Assembly (NCBI RefSeq): GCF_900232105.1
Contig: NZ_LT934425.1
Span: 3,870,001-3,902,000 of the forward strand
DNA: 32,000 bases
From: Candidatus Kuenenia stuttgartensis
Lineage (GTDB): Bacteria; Planctomycetota; Brocadiia; Brocadiales; Brocadiaceae
Direction: 5' to 3'
The notes beneath the pieces were generated by a model. It searched no databases, was not told the DNA's origin, and saw only the letters and a program-made list of their open reading frames with translations. Both the position numbers and the translations under genes were made by a program. This document shows, in pieces, positions 19,657 through 29,042 of the stretch (positions are counted from its first letter, which is position 1; the number at the start of each line of letters is the position of its first letter).

Positions 19657-20700
19657 ATGAAATTAAAACAATTACTACGATTTATTAGACCGGGGTGTTT
19701 TTTCTTTATTGCTCTTGTTTCTGTAATAGGATTATGTTCTCGGGCCGCAGTACTGATTGCGGCCGAGAACGAAACATGTTATGGTTGTCATGCAGATCCG
19801 GAAAAAATAGAAAAGACCGAGAAGGCTAGGATTGACCCGGTTACGGGTGAAATTGAAGTTGTTTCTTTGATGATTGATAGGGAGGTTTTTGATAAAACTG
19901 CACATGGTGGAACAGACTTTTCCTGTACAGATTGCCATGCTTCATTGGAAGAGGCCGAAGATGATGACATTGCGGAAAATGGGCACAAACCTAATCTTAC
20001 GCCTGTTGACTGTATAACATTTTGTCATGACGACCCTGCTGCGGAATATTATGAAAGTAAGCATGTTAAGTTGATGAAGGAGAATGATAAGGACGTACCT
20101 ACGTGCAAGCATTGTCATGGAGGGGTTACTTATCATTTTTCTATATACGGAGAAAAAGCCCCGATGAATGTTCTTAGGGAAACTGACCCGCTACACAGAA
20201 AGTTGACAATAGATACATGTGGTTCTTGTCATGAAGAGCATCTTGCCAGCTATAGGAATAACGCACATGGTCAGGTTACTGCGCTTGGACATACCGCAAC
20301 GGATGTGCCTGTATGCTTTGATTGTCATGGAAAACACACTATTCTCAACTCGTCAGAACCTGAGTCTATGGTTGGACAAGACAACATAATTAAAACATGC
20401 GGTAGTTGTCACGCAAATGCAAATGCAAGCTTCGTGAAACATGTTGAACATCCTCAGATAAAAAATTTAAATTATTACAAGACCTTGCTTGCTGCAGCAA
20501 AAAATTATCGCAAAGATCCTGAAGCGTTGAAGAAAGTAGTTAAAAATCCCCAAACAATCCTATGTATTGTGTTTGTGGCGTATATTGGTATTCTAGCTTT
20601 AACATTTACCAAGTTTGGGCTCCATTCATTGTTAGGCTGGTTTGCTACAGTTCGTGACGAGTTTAGGAGAAAGGGGCATTCCGATGAAGAGCAACACTAA
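19657..20700 (+). CDS. Heptahaem cytochrome c with C-terminal membrane segment (start MKLKQ preferred)
   Basis: CYGCH, CTDCH, CITFCH (CX3CH), CKHCH, CGSCH, CFDCH, CGSCH; C-terminal TM TILCIVFVAYIGILALTF. Confidence 0.87.
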   Translation: MKLKQLLRFIRPGCFFFIALVSVIGLCSRAAVLIAAENETCYGCHADPEKIEKTEKARIDPVTGEIEVVSLMIDREVFDKTAHGGTDFSCTDCHASLEEAEDDDIAENGHKPNLTPVDCITFCHDDPAAEYYESKHVKLMKENDKDVPTCKHCHGGVTYHFSIYGEKAPMNVLRETDPLHRKLTIDTCGSCHEEHLASYRNNAHGQVTALGHTATDVPVCFDCHGKHTILNSSEPESMVGQDNIIKTCGSCHANANASFVKHVEHPQIKNLNYYKTLLAAAKNYRKDPEALKKVVKNPQTILCIVFVAYIGILALTFTKFGLHSLLGWFATVRDEFRRKGHSDEEQH

Positions 20701-21529
20701 TTATTTAAGATTTACGCTGTTTCATAGATTCTGTCATTTTTTAACGATTATTAGTTTTTTTGGGCTAGTCTTGACTGGCTTACCACTCGCCTTTAGCGGT
20801 TATGATTGGGGGAGGTGGTTGTACGAGTTGTTTGGCGGATATCCTACGGCAGGATATATTCACAGGGTCAGCGCCTTAATCACTTTCTTTGCTGGTTTTT
20901 TACATTTCGCGTGGCTGTTTTTCAATGTATCTATTAAAAAGAAGAAAGGTTTTTTTTGGGGACCTAATTCAATGCTTTTGCAACCAAGAGATCTTTTTGA
21001 TGTAATAGCAGACATCAAATGGTTTATTGGTATTGGCAAAAGGCCGAATTTTGATAGATGGATTTATTGGGAAAAGTTTGAATATCTCTCTTTGATGTGG
21101 GGAACTATTGTTATGGCCGCTACCGGCTTAATTCTTTGGTTTCCTGTTCAGTTTACAAAAATTATTCCCGTTTCGGTTGCCAGCATCTTCGATATCCCCG
21201 GTATTGCGTTGATTATCCATCGATATGAAGCAATACTGGCGGCTGTTTTTATTTTCACAATTCATTTCATTCACACGCACTTACTGCCTGAAAAAATGCC
21301 AGTAGATGAATCGATATTTACAGGGAGAATAACGGAGGCTGAGTTTAAACATGAGCGCCTTGGTGAATATGAAAGGCTAAAAAATCAAAGACAGTTGGAT
21401 AGTTTTAAGGTAGCGCCTCCATCTCTTTTCGCAAAATTTTTATCAAGGCTGATTGCTGTACCACTTTTGATCACTGGGTTAATATTGGTGAGTCTGATGG
21501 TCTCTGCGCTTGTTGTTTGGGCGCTATAG
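20684..21529 (+). CDS. Membrane-bound cytochrome b (di-haem b-type, formate dehydrogenase/thiosulfate reductase gamma-like)
   Basis: Multiple TM helices with histidines (FTLFHRFCHFLTIISF, GYIHRVSALITFFAGFLHFAW, FIFTIHFIHTHLLP); ATG overlaps the 3' end of the upstream heptahaem gene by 17 nt. Confidence 0.85.
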   Translation: MKSNTNYLRFTLFHRFCHFLTIISFFGLVLTGLPLAFSGYDWGRWLYELFGGYPTAGYIHRVSALITFFAGFLHFAWLFFNVSIKKKKGFFWGPNSMLLQPRDLFDVIADIKWFIGIGKRPNFDRWIYWEKFEYLSLMWGTIVMAATGLILWFPVQFTKIIPVSVASIFDIPGIALIIHRYEAILAAVFIFTIHFIHTHLLPEKMPVDESIFTGRITEAEFKHERLGEYERLKNQRQLDSFKVAPPSLFAKFLSRLIAVPLLITGLILVSLMVSALVVWAL

Positions 21530-21611
21530 TAGATAAAAATTTTGTAGCAGGCGGATGCTATACTGTTAAGTCCGAATCAATTAAATGCTTGATATATTTC
21601 AAGGTGGAATA

Positions 21612-23003
21612 ATGACTTACAGGGTATTAATAGCTGATGATGAAGAACGCATGCGACGCGTGCTAACGATGATATTCGAGGAGATGAAAGATGTTAAAGT
21701 TGTTGCGGGAAACAGCTTTGAGGATGTCCTCCGCTATTTAGATAAAGAGAGGTTTCACCTTTTAATTACAGACCTAAAGGTTCCTGGCAGTAATAGTATC
21801 GATTTTATCAGGGCGGTGAAAAATAAGGTAGCGGATATCCCAATCATCGTGTTGACCGCTTATGGTTCTGTTGGTTTTGCCATTGACATTATGAAGGAAG
21901 GCGTCTTTGATTATCTGGTTGCGCCTTTCGATAACGATATTTTAGAATTGGCGGTAAAAAGAGCTTTAAAAGTAAGCTCATTGACTATTGAAAATAAAAA
22001 CCTACGCAAGGCGTTAGAGTTGCAATATAACTTTGGGAATATTATCGGCAACTCTCCAAGTGTTGTTGAAACATTGCGGCTGGTAGGCGAAGTTACAAGA
22101 ACCGACTCCACCGTTCTGGTCACTGGTGAAAGTGGTACAGGTAAAGAGCTGGTGTCAAGAGCGATACATTACAACAGCGATAGAAAGTGTGGTCCCTTTG
22201 TGGCGCTTAATTGTGCTGCAATTCCTGAGAATTTACTAGAAAGTGAATTGTTTGGCTACGAAAAAGGGGCATTTACAGGAGCTGAAAAGACTAAGAAGGG
22301 ACGATTTGAGTTAGCCGCTGGCGGGACTTTTTTTTTGGATGAAATTTCCGAGATGTCTGCGGCAGTACAGGCAAAAGTTCTTAGAATAATTGAATCGAAA
22401 GAGCTGGAACGGCTTGGTGGTACGGATACGATAAAGGTTGATGTCCGGATTATATGTGCAACAAATAGAGACCTTGTACAGATGGTAAAAGAGGGAAAGT
22501 TTCGGGATGATCTCTATTACCGCATCAGCGTCTTTCCAATAATGCTGCCCGCTTTAAGGGAGAGAAGTGGGGATATTATCCCGCTGAGCAAACATTTTGT
22601 TAATCATTTTTCAGCAAAAATGGGCAAGACTCCGATTGTATTAAGTTCTGAAGTTGAAAAGATATTAATAAAGCACAAATGGGAAGGTAACATAAGAGAA
22701 TTGCAAAACATTATTGAACGCGCAGTAATTTTGTGTAAAAACGGCGTTATAAGAACAGAGCATCTTCCTACTTCTATTGTGCATGGTTACACCCCTCCGG
22801 AATTAAATGAAAACATTTCACAAAATAATTCCGTTAATTTTGACATACCACCTAATGGCCTGTCGCTTGACGATCTGGAAAAACAATTAGTTGCGAAAGC
22901 ATTAGAAAGAAGCAAAAACAACATCACAAAAGCCGCAAAACTTTTGGGATTAACACGAGGGACATTCCGCTATCGGTTGCAGAAATATGGAATATCAAAT
23001 TAG
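21612..23003 (+). CDS. Sigma54-dependent NtrC-family response regulator (receiver-AAA+-Fis HTH)
   Basis: Receiver domain (ADDEERMRRVL, LITDLKVPG), Walker A GESGTGKELVSRAIHYNS, GAFTGA, Fis-type HTH NNITKAAKLLGLTRGTFRYRLQKYGI; start MTYRVLI preferred. Confidence 0.95.
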   Translation: MTYRVLIADDEERMRRVLTMIFEEMKDVKVVAGNSFEDVLRYLDKERFHLLITDLKVPGSNSIDFIRAVKNKVADIPIIVLTAYGSVGFAIDIMKEGVFDYLVAPFDNDILELAVKRALKVSSLTIENKNLRKALELQYNFGNIIGNSPSVVETLRLVGEVTRTDSTVLVTGESGTGKELVSRAIHYNSDRKCGPFVALNCAAIPENLLESELFGYEKGAFTGAEKTKKGRFELAAGGTFFLDEISEMSAAVQAKVLRIIESKELERLGGTDTIKVDVRIICATNRDLVQMVKEGKFRDDLYYRISVFPIMLPALRERSGDIIPLSKHFVNHFSAKMGKTPIVLSSEVEKILIKHKWEGNIRELQNIIERAVILCKNGVIRTEHLPTSIVHGYTPPELNENISQNNSVNFDIPPNGLSLDDLEKQLVAKALERSKNNITKAAKLLGLTRGTFRYRLQKYGISN

Positions 23004-23173
23004 CAAGACATTGCGCATTTAACATCAAAGTATGTCAAATTTGCAATAATAAGCTATGTAAAATGGCTGATAACTGCCGTTAAAAATGACTTGTGTTAAG
23101 AGCATCAAAGTGTCTGTGTGTACAAGTAATTGTTTCTTCATATATTATGGACAATGTACAAATTGTTCAGTTG

Positions 23174-23190
23174 TTGGTATGAATTGTGCT
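23174..23190 (+). promoter_or_regulatory. Candidate sigma54 (-24/-12) promoter upstream of the Cys-rich gene and hzsCBA
   Basis: TTGGTATGAATTGTGCT: invariant GG (23176-23177) and GC (23188-23189) separated by exactly 10 nt. Confidence 0.55.
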
Positions 23191-23260
23191 TAGTTCTTTT
23201 GTCGTGCAAATTTTAAATCAGTAGTTTTTTATAAAATTAAGGAGAGGGGGTGAAAGTGAA

Positions 23261-23806
23261 ATGAAGAAAGGTATTATAGTTTTGCTGGGTATTTTTAGTA
23301 TGTTATTTGCCGTAGTACATTCTAGTTATGCTTTGTGGGACAAGCCTTGTGGTAAGAGGCAGATTATGGAGGTTTACTACTGTAAGGATTGCAAAGAGGT
23401 CCGAGAGTTTGATGAATGTTCTGAGATTGGTTACATATGGGATTTCAAGGCACACAAAGACGCTGGTGATAAAAAACATACTAGTCTTCCTTCAGCATGG
23501 GGATGTCAGAAAATTGCTTATAGCTGTATAAACACTGCCTGTGAAGCATATGGCAAATGCATACCGCATCCTGGCATTTGCGAAATATGTATGGATGATA
23601 TTACCAGCACTAAGGTATGGTCAAGAGTAACATTTAAATGCCCTAAATGTGGTACAGAATATGAAGAACCCGGCAAAAATTTTAAGGTGAAGGAAGGCTT
23701 ACACCCTGCACAGTTGCAAACAGGTGGAGAATGTGAAGCTTGTGGCGGCGTTGAACTTGAAATCGTATGCGAGAAGTCCGGTACATGCCCACATGTTGAA
23801 AGATAA
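23261..23806 (+). CDS. Small exported Cys-rich protein of unknown function in the hydrazine synthase cluster
   Basis: 181 aa with signal peptide and many paired cysteines (CKDC, CEIC, CPKC, CEAC) resembling zinc-ribbon/rubredoxin-like knuckles; good RBS (GGAGAGGGGG). Confidence 0.8.
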   Translation: MKKGIIVLLGIFSMLFAVVHSSYALWDKPCGKRQIMEVYYCKDCKEVREFDECSEIGYIWDFKAHKDAGDKKHTSLPSAWGCQKIAYSCINTACEAYGKCIPHPGICEICMDDITSTKVWSRVTFKCPKCGTEYEEPGKNFKVKEGLHPAQLQTGGECEACGGVELEIVCEKSGTCPHVER

Positions 23807-23854
23807 TTCAGTAATAGATTTTATGATCATTTTTATGTGGTGATTAGGAGGAAA

Positions 23855-24997
23855 ATGAATAAGATGATACGAAAGGGAATGATAGGAGCGGTGATGCTTG
23901 GAGCTGCGGTAGCGATAAGTGGCGGAGTAGCGACTGCGGGGTATATACAGGGTACGCATGTAAAGACGGATTTACCCGGGCCGTTTCACATAACGATGTC
24001 GCCGGATGGTAGTACGTTATTTATATCGAATCAATCTGGGCACAGTGTAACGTTTGTGGATGCAAGGACGCAGAAGGTAACGGGTGAGGTCGCTGTGAGG
24101 GTACAGCCTGAGGCTTCAGCGGTTACGCCTGACGGGGCATTTTTGTATGTATGTAATGCAGAGAGCGACAGTGTATCGGTAGTGGACATACAGAGGAAGC
24201 AGGAGATCAAGGAGATAAAGGTAGGTGACTGGCCGAGCGGGATCAAGATTTCGCCTGATGGCAAGACTGCCTATGTTGCATGTTCCGGTTGCATGTGGAA
24301 CGCGATTGATGTAATTGATACGGGGAGGATGGAGAAGGTAAGGTCGATATATACTTCAGATTACGGTCCCAGGATGGTGGAGATATCTCCTGATGGGAAG
24401 ACCCTTGTTGCGATACTTGACACGGTAGGATCGATCAACCGGAGCGTTGATTTTATTGACATTGCCAGTGGCAGGGTAGTAGAGAACAGGGTAATCCATG
24501 AGAGTTCCAACCTGAGGGATGTTGTATATACGCCGGATGGTAAATACATAGCTGTAACCCACCAGACGCCGAAGAACTGGTTGCCGGTATGTGAAGCGGA
24601 GAATGGTCAGGTATTTACGAACAACGTAACAATCATAGAGACCAAGGCCGGTGGTAAGGTAGCGAGATTACCGTTGGACGATCTCAACAATTACGATGGC
24701 AATCCGTATGGTATGGCGATGGACCCTAAGGGCAAGTATTTGTACATTGGGGTAAGAGGGATGCATCGTGTAACGATACTGGATATGGATAAGGTATTGG
24801 GTCTGGTGAGGAGCAGCACGCAGGAGGAGCTTGATTATCTGAGGGACGACCTTGGGTTGGTAAGAGATTATCTTGTTGCCAGGGTTCCTACGGGTCTGGG
24901 GCCAAGTTCGGTATGTTTATCACCTGACGGCAAATTTTGTTATGCGGCCAACTATTTTTCCAACAATGTAACCGTGATAAGGACTGCGGTTGATTAA
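23855..24997 (+). CDS. hzsC: Hydrazine synthase beta-type subunit (YVTN beta-propeller)
   Basis: Repeated SPDGKTxYVxNxxSNSVxVID blades, followed directly by dihaem (hzsB) and alpha (hzsA) genes; RBS AGGAGG before the ATG at 23855. Confidence 0.93.
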   Translation: MNKMIRKGMIGAVMLGAAVAISGGVATAGYIQGTHVKTDLPGPFHITMSPDGSTLFISNQSGHSVTFVDARTQKVTGEVAVRVQPEASAVTPDGAFLYVCNAESDSVSVVDIQRKQEIKEIKVGDWPSGIKISPDGKTAYVACSGCMWNAIDVIDTGRMEKVRSIYTSDYGPRMVEISPDGKTLVAILDTVGSINRSVDFIDIASGRVVENRVIHESSNLRDVVYTPDGKYIAVTHQTPKNWLPVCEAENGQVFTNNVTIIETKAGGKVARLPLDDLNNYDGNPYGMAMDPKGKYLYIGVRGMHRVTILDMDKVLGLVRSSTQEELDYLRDDLGLVRDYLVARVPTGLGPSSVCLSPDGKFCYAANYFSNNVTVIRTAVD

Positions 24998-25075
24998 GGA
25001 TTGTATGGAGTGTGAGAGTTATTTATTTTTGGAAAACAAATGGCAAGAGAAATGAGATTAGGAGGAAAAGAAAGA

Positions 25076-26101
25076 ATGAAGACAGGAGTAGTGAAAATAG
25101 GATTAGTTGCGGCCCTGGGGGTAGTGGGGCTGATATCGGCGGGCGGCGTATATGCCGGTCAGCCGCGGGTAATTTCCACGATCCAGACGGGAGCTACGTG
25201 GGAACCGCTGGGAAGGGAAGAACCTTTGACGGTGCCGGAAGTGCATTTCCGTGTAAAGCATTCACCTTTTAAGAGTGAGCTGGTAAGATACGGGCAGTTC
25301 CAGTTTAACGATGCAGCGTGGAGTTTGCAGGGATCATACTCATGCGCCAGTTGTCATTATGAGAGAGGCCAGACAACCGGTTTGATTTGGGATTTGGGAG
25401 ATGAAGGATGGGGTAGCTGGAAGAACACGAAGTATATTCGTGGCGGCCGATATCTTCCTCCGTTCAGGCATGAGGGGTTCACTGGTCATCCTGATGAAAT
25501 AGTAGGGGCAACCAGTTCACTTGACAGGGTATGTGGAAGGGATCCTGGATTTGTGTTCAGGAGTGAGAATTTTTCTCCGATGAGATTAGAGGCGCTCATT
25601 TGTTACATCAGGGCGTTGGAATTTACCGGGAGTCCATTCAGGAATGCGGATGGAAGTTTAACCGAAGCCCAGAAGAGGGGTCAGAAGATATTTGAGGATC
25701 CGAAGGTAGGATGTCTTGAGTGTCATCCTGGCGATCCGATGGATCCGAGGGCATTGTTCAGTGATGCACAGACGCATGATGTAGGAACCGGCAGGGTAGG
25801 TGTAAATGGTTTCAGGTCAACACCTGGGAAGGTATTTAACATATCGGCGTTAGAGGCAGGTGAGGATCCATATGGTGTTGAGAGCAACACACCAATCATT
25901 GGATTGGATCTTGTGAAGGAATTTGATACGCCGACATTGAGAGACATCTATGCATCAGGCACCTATTTCCATGATGGTGGTGCAAGGACATTGATGGACA
26001 CCATAAACAACACGGTAAATGATAAGGACATGCATGGAAGGACGTCTCATTTAAAGCAGCAGGAGCTCCAGGATTTGGTGGAGTACCTGAAGGCGTTATA
26101 A
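25076..26101 (+). CDS. hzsB: Hydrazine synthase gamma-type subunit (CcP/MauG-like dihaem)
   Basis: CASCH (25343-25357) and CLECH (25712-25726); TPTLRDIYASGTYFHDGGARTLMD; RBS AGGAGG before the ATG at 25076. Confidence 0.93.
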   Translation: MKTGVVKIGLVAALGVVGLISAGGVYAGQPRVISTIQTGATWEPLGREEPLTVPEVHFRVKHSPFKSELVRYGQFQFNDAAWSLQGSYSCASCHYERGQTTGLIWDLGDEGWGSWKNTKYIRGGRYLPPFRHEGFTGHPDEIVGATSSLDRVCGRDPGFVFRSENFSPMRLEALICYIRALEFTGSPFRNADGSLTEAQKRGQKIFEDPKVGCLECHPGDPMDPRALFSDAQTHDVGTGRVGVNGFRSTPGKVFNISALEAGEDPYGVESNTPIIGLDLVKEFDTPTLRDIYASGTYFHDGGARTLMDTINNTVNDKDMHGRTSHLKQQELQDLVEYLKAL

Positions 26102-26174
26102 GAGAGAAGTGTATGAATGTGTAGTATAAGCGATAAAAATTTAAGGACAATAAGTGAAAGGAGAAGGCCAATAG

Positions 26175-28604
26175 ATGGGTAAGAGGAAATTAGGAGTGAT
26201 AGCATCGGCGTTTGTAGCGGGTGCGTTGGTCTGTGGGAGTACCCTTGTGAATGCTGAGCCTGTAATGACAGGCGGCCCGGTGCAGGGGAAGGCCTTATGG
26301 ACTGATTATAGTGGGATGTCAAAAGAGGTGCAGGGTCCTGTGAGTCAGATATTGTTTACGCAGTCGCCGAGGACAGCCAAAGGGGATCCGTACCAGAACT
26401 ATCCGCACTATATACCGGAAGGAAGCCGGATAGTGTTATTTGATTTAAACACAAAGGAATTGAAGGTATTGACCAATGATTTTGCAACAGCCTTTGATCC
26501 ATGCACCTATTGGGACGGCAAGAAATTTGCGTTTGCCGGGGTACACAAGAAAGGCGGCGGGTGCCAGATATGGGAAATGAACATAGATGGCAGTGGTTTA
26601 AGGCAGATGACTGATCTTAAGGGAACCTGCCGTTCACCGATTTATTATGCAGCGGGAAGTATTGAAGAAGGCGAAGGCCGTATCATATGGCGTGACCGGT
26701 ATTTTGAAGGGGACTGGAAAGAGCATGGCATGGTAGAGAAGACGGGCATGATAATATTTTCAGGTTCACCGGAAGGCGTAATGGATGAGTTCCACAATCC
26801 ATATGCGTATAATCTTTACCGTTTGGATACGCAGGGCGGTAAGATCATACAGAGAATCACCGGACACGTGCTATCTGGCATAGAGTTTCCGCACCTCAAT
26901 ACCACGATAGACCAGATCACCTACAATTTAAGTTCCAACTTTGATCCATGGTTAACTCCTGACGGAAACATCCTTTTCTCAAGCGTGCAGGCAAATGGCA
27001 GCAGGGCTGGCGGAGAAGGCAGGGTGATGATTTGTGTGGACAACTGGGATGGTGCGTATCCAAGGCCTATCTATGGAAACTGTGATGGGGAAATCGGTGG
27101 CACCAGCGGAAGGTCTCAGGCGAAGATCACCTTTGGAGACAGGAAGATTGTCTATGTTGAGTCTCCGTACATGAATTGGGGCGTAGGTCAGTTGGCAGCG
27201 GTGAGCTGGGATGCTCCGTTCAACAAGACGTATGAGAAGTTGACAGGAAAAGATGGTGGATTGTACAGGAGTCCATATCCGCTTCCGGACGACAGGATGT
27301 TGGTATCCTATGCAGAAAGAGGGGATTTTGGCATATACTGGTTTAATTTTAGCAAATGTGCTGCAGGGGACAAGGTATATGATGATCCTAACTGGAATGA
27401 TCACCAGCCTGCGCCGGTTTATGTGAAGTACAAGCCAAGGTGGATTAACACCTTTACCGCCGGTAAGAACTTTGGTGTAACGGTCGTAACGTATCAGCCG
27501 TTTGATCAGGTGAAGGTGGAAGGATATCCGCATTCATGGGGAACATGGATATGCTTTGATACGACATTGTCAGATCAGCCTGTAGGTCCTTATCCGCATC
27601 AGAAGGCAAAAAACGTAAGCCATGGAGATATCAAGGCAGTAAGAATCATCCAGGGATATCAGTGTGTAGAACCGGATTCAACCCGTTTCAGGGTAGGGGC
27701 TGGAGCACATCTTCTTGGTGGAGAGAGATCAAGCAGCAATTCAGGTACAGCATTTCAGCAGAGGGGTATCATCGGGTATCAATATGTAGAGAGCGATGGT
27801 TCAACAGTTACATCCCAGCTTTCAGATGTTCCTTATTACATGCAGATATTGGATGATAAGGGTATGTCCGTACAGACTGCTTTAACCTGGGCATATTTAA
27901 GGCCATATCATGGCAGGATTTGTAGTGGATGTCACTATGGATCATATCGTGGAAGGGCGTTCAAGAACATCCATGCAAAGGCGTTGTACAACTGGTGGTA
28001 TGATGACAGAAGCCACTATGATTCACCATTTGCGTTCAGGTATTTGAAGTTTGACAACGATGGGAATTACAAGGGCGTAAAACATGGAGAGGATGTAGTA
28101 GTACCATCTGACATTTACTATGGTGGTCCATCCGGAACGACATCACAGCCGGTGGAAGGATTGACGCTGGATAAGCAGAGGACGGTGGATTTCCGCAGGG
28201 ACATTCAGCCGATACTTGATGCGAAGTGTGCGATGTGTCATGATTCGAACAATCCTCCGAACCTTGGTGGCGGATTGGAATTGGTAAGTGTAGATGGTAT
28301 AGCAGCATACAGTCGTGCATACAACAGCTTGCTTGAGCCGCAGAGGGGGAAAGACCCGAACATTGGCGGAAAATATGTTAATCCGTCAGCAGCGATCAAC
28401 AGTTTGTTGGTATGGAGGTTGTATGAAGCTGAGTTAAGCGCGAATGCTCCCAGGGAGAAGATATTCCCGATAGAGGGTCGTTTATTGCACAATAAATTCC
28501 TTACTCAGGATGAGAGATATGCGATAGTAGAGTGGATAGACCTGGGTGCGCAGTGGGATAACATTCCGGGACCAGATTTTTATCCTGGATATCTTGTAAA
28601 ATAA
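26175..28604 (+). CDS. hzsA: Hydrazine synthase alpha-type subunit (catalytic)
   Basis: 809 aa; CSGCH at codons 583-587 (27921-27935) with Tyr591 following, CAMCH at codons 685-689 (28227-28241); middle beta-propeller region. Confidence 0.95.
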   Translation: MGKRKLGVIASAFVAGALVCGSTLVNAEPVMTGGPVQGKALWTDYSGMSKEVQGPVSQILFTQSPRTAKGDPYQNYPHYIPEGSRIVLFDLNTKELKVLTNDFATAFDPCTYWDGKKFAFAGVHKKGGGCQIWEMNIDGSGLRQMTDLKGTCRSPIYYAAGSIEEGEGRIIWRDRYFEGDWKEHGMVEKTGMIIFSGSPEGVMDEFHNPYAYNLYRLDTQGGKIIQRITGHVLSGIEFPHLNTTIDQITYNLSSNFDPWLTPDGNILFSSVQANGSRAGGEGRVMICVDNWDGAYPRPIYGNCDGEIGGTSGRSQAKITFGDRKIVYVESPYMNWGVGQLAAVSWDAPFNKTYEKLTGKDGGLYRSPYPLPDDRMLVSYAERGDFGIYWFNFSKCAAGDKVYDDPNWNDHQPAPVYVKYKPRWINTFTAGKNFGVTVVTYQPFDQVKVEGYPHSWGTWICFDTTLSDQPVGPYPHQKAKNVSHGDIKAVRIIQGYQCVEPDSTRFRVGAGAHLLGGERSSSNSGTAFQQRGIIGYQYVESDGSTVTSQLSDVPYYMQILDDKGMSVQTALTWAYLRPYHGRICSGCHYGSYRGRAFKNIHAKALYNWWYDDRSHYDSPFAFRYLKFDNDGNYKGVKHGEDVVVPSDIYYGGPSGTTSQPVEGLTLDKQRTVDFRRDIQPILDAKCAMCHDSNNPPNLGGGLELVSVDGIAAYSRAYNSLLEPQRGKDPNIGGKYVNPSAAINSLLVWRLYEAELSANAPREKIFPIEGRLLHNKFLTQDERYAIVEWIDLGAQWDNIPGPDFYPGYLVK

Positions 28605-28663
28605 GAGAGGTTATTAACAGCATTTTATATAGTTGTGGTAAGTAGTAAGAGGTAAAACAAGCG

Positions 28664-28703
28664 AAGAGCCGGGGAAAAGTGGCAAAACCACGTCCCGGCT
28701 CTT
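28664..28703 (+). terminator. Strong hairpin terminator after hzsA
   Basis: AAGAGCCGGG (28664-28673)/CCCGGCTCTT (28694-28703) with inner GTGG/CCAC; followed by a weak T-rich stretch. Confidence 0.7.
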
Positions 28704-29042
28704 TGTGCTTCCAGAGAGATTTGCATGTTTACCGAATAAGCATGAAGCACAAATTCTCCAATTTTTAATGCATCTTTGCGGACAAGTGTTGTTTGTAACA
28801 TATTTAGTTGCAATTGGATATTACAGCCGCCACATGTAGTGGCAAGGCGTGTATTGCTACTACATTAAATATTTGGGATTTTCAATATTTCTAGACCTAA
28901 AACAAGCGTGATTTAACAATCTACACACAATGGGATAATATTTTGGACTATTATGCGTCTCTAAATGTATTTTTTGTTTGTTTCGTCGCGAAAAAACCTT
29001 ACTAAAAAGAAAAATATTGTAACACTTTAGTTCTTTGAAAAA

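Noticed and set aside
26979-27533. 184-aa minus-strand ORF inside hzsA
   Set aside because: Antisense shadow of a highly conserved enzyme gene.
28664-28703. CRISPR or other repeat array in the intergenic regions
   Set aside because: Only isolated hairpins are seen; there are no regularly spaced direct repeats anywhere in the window.
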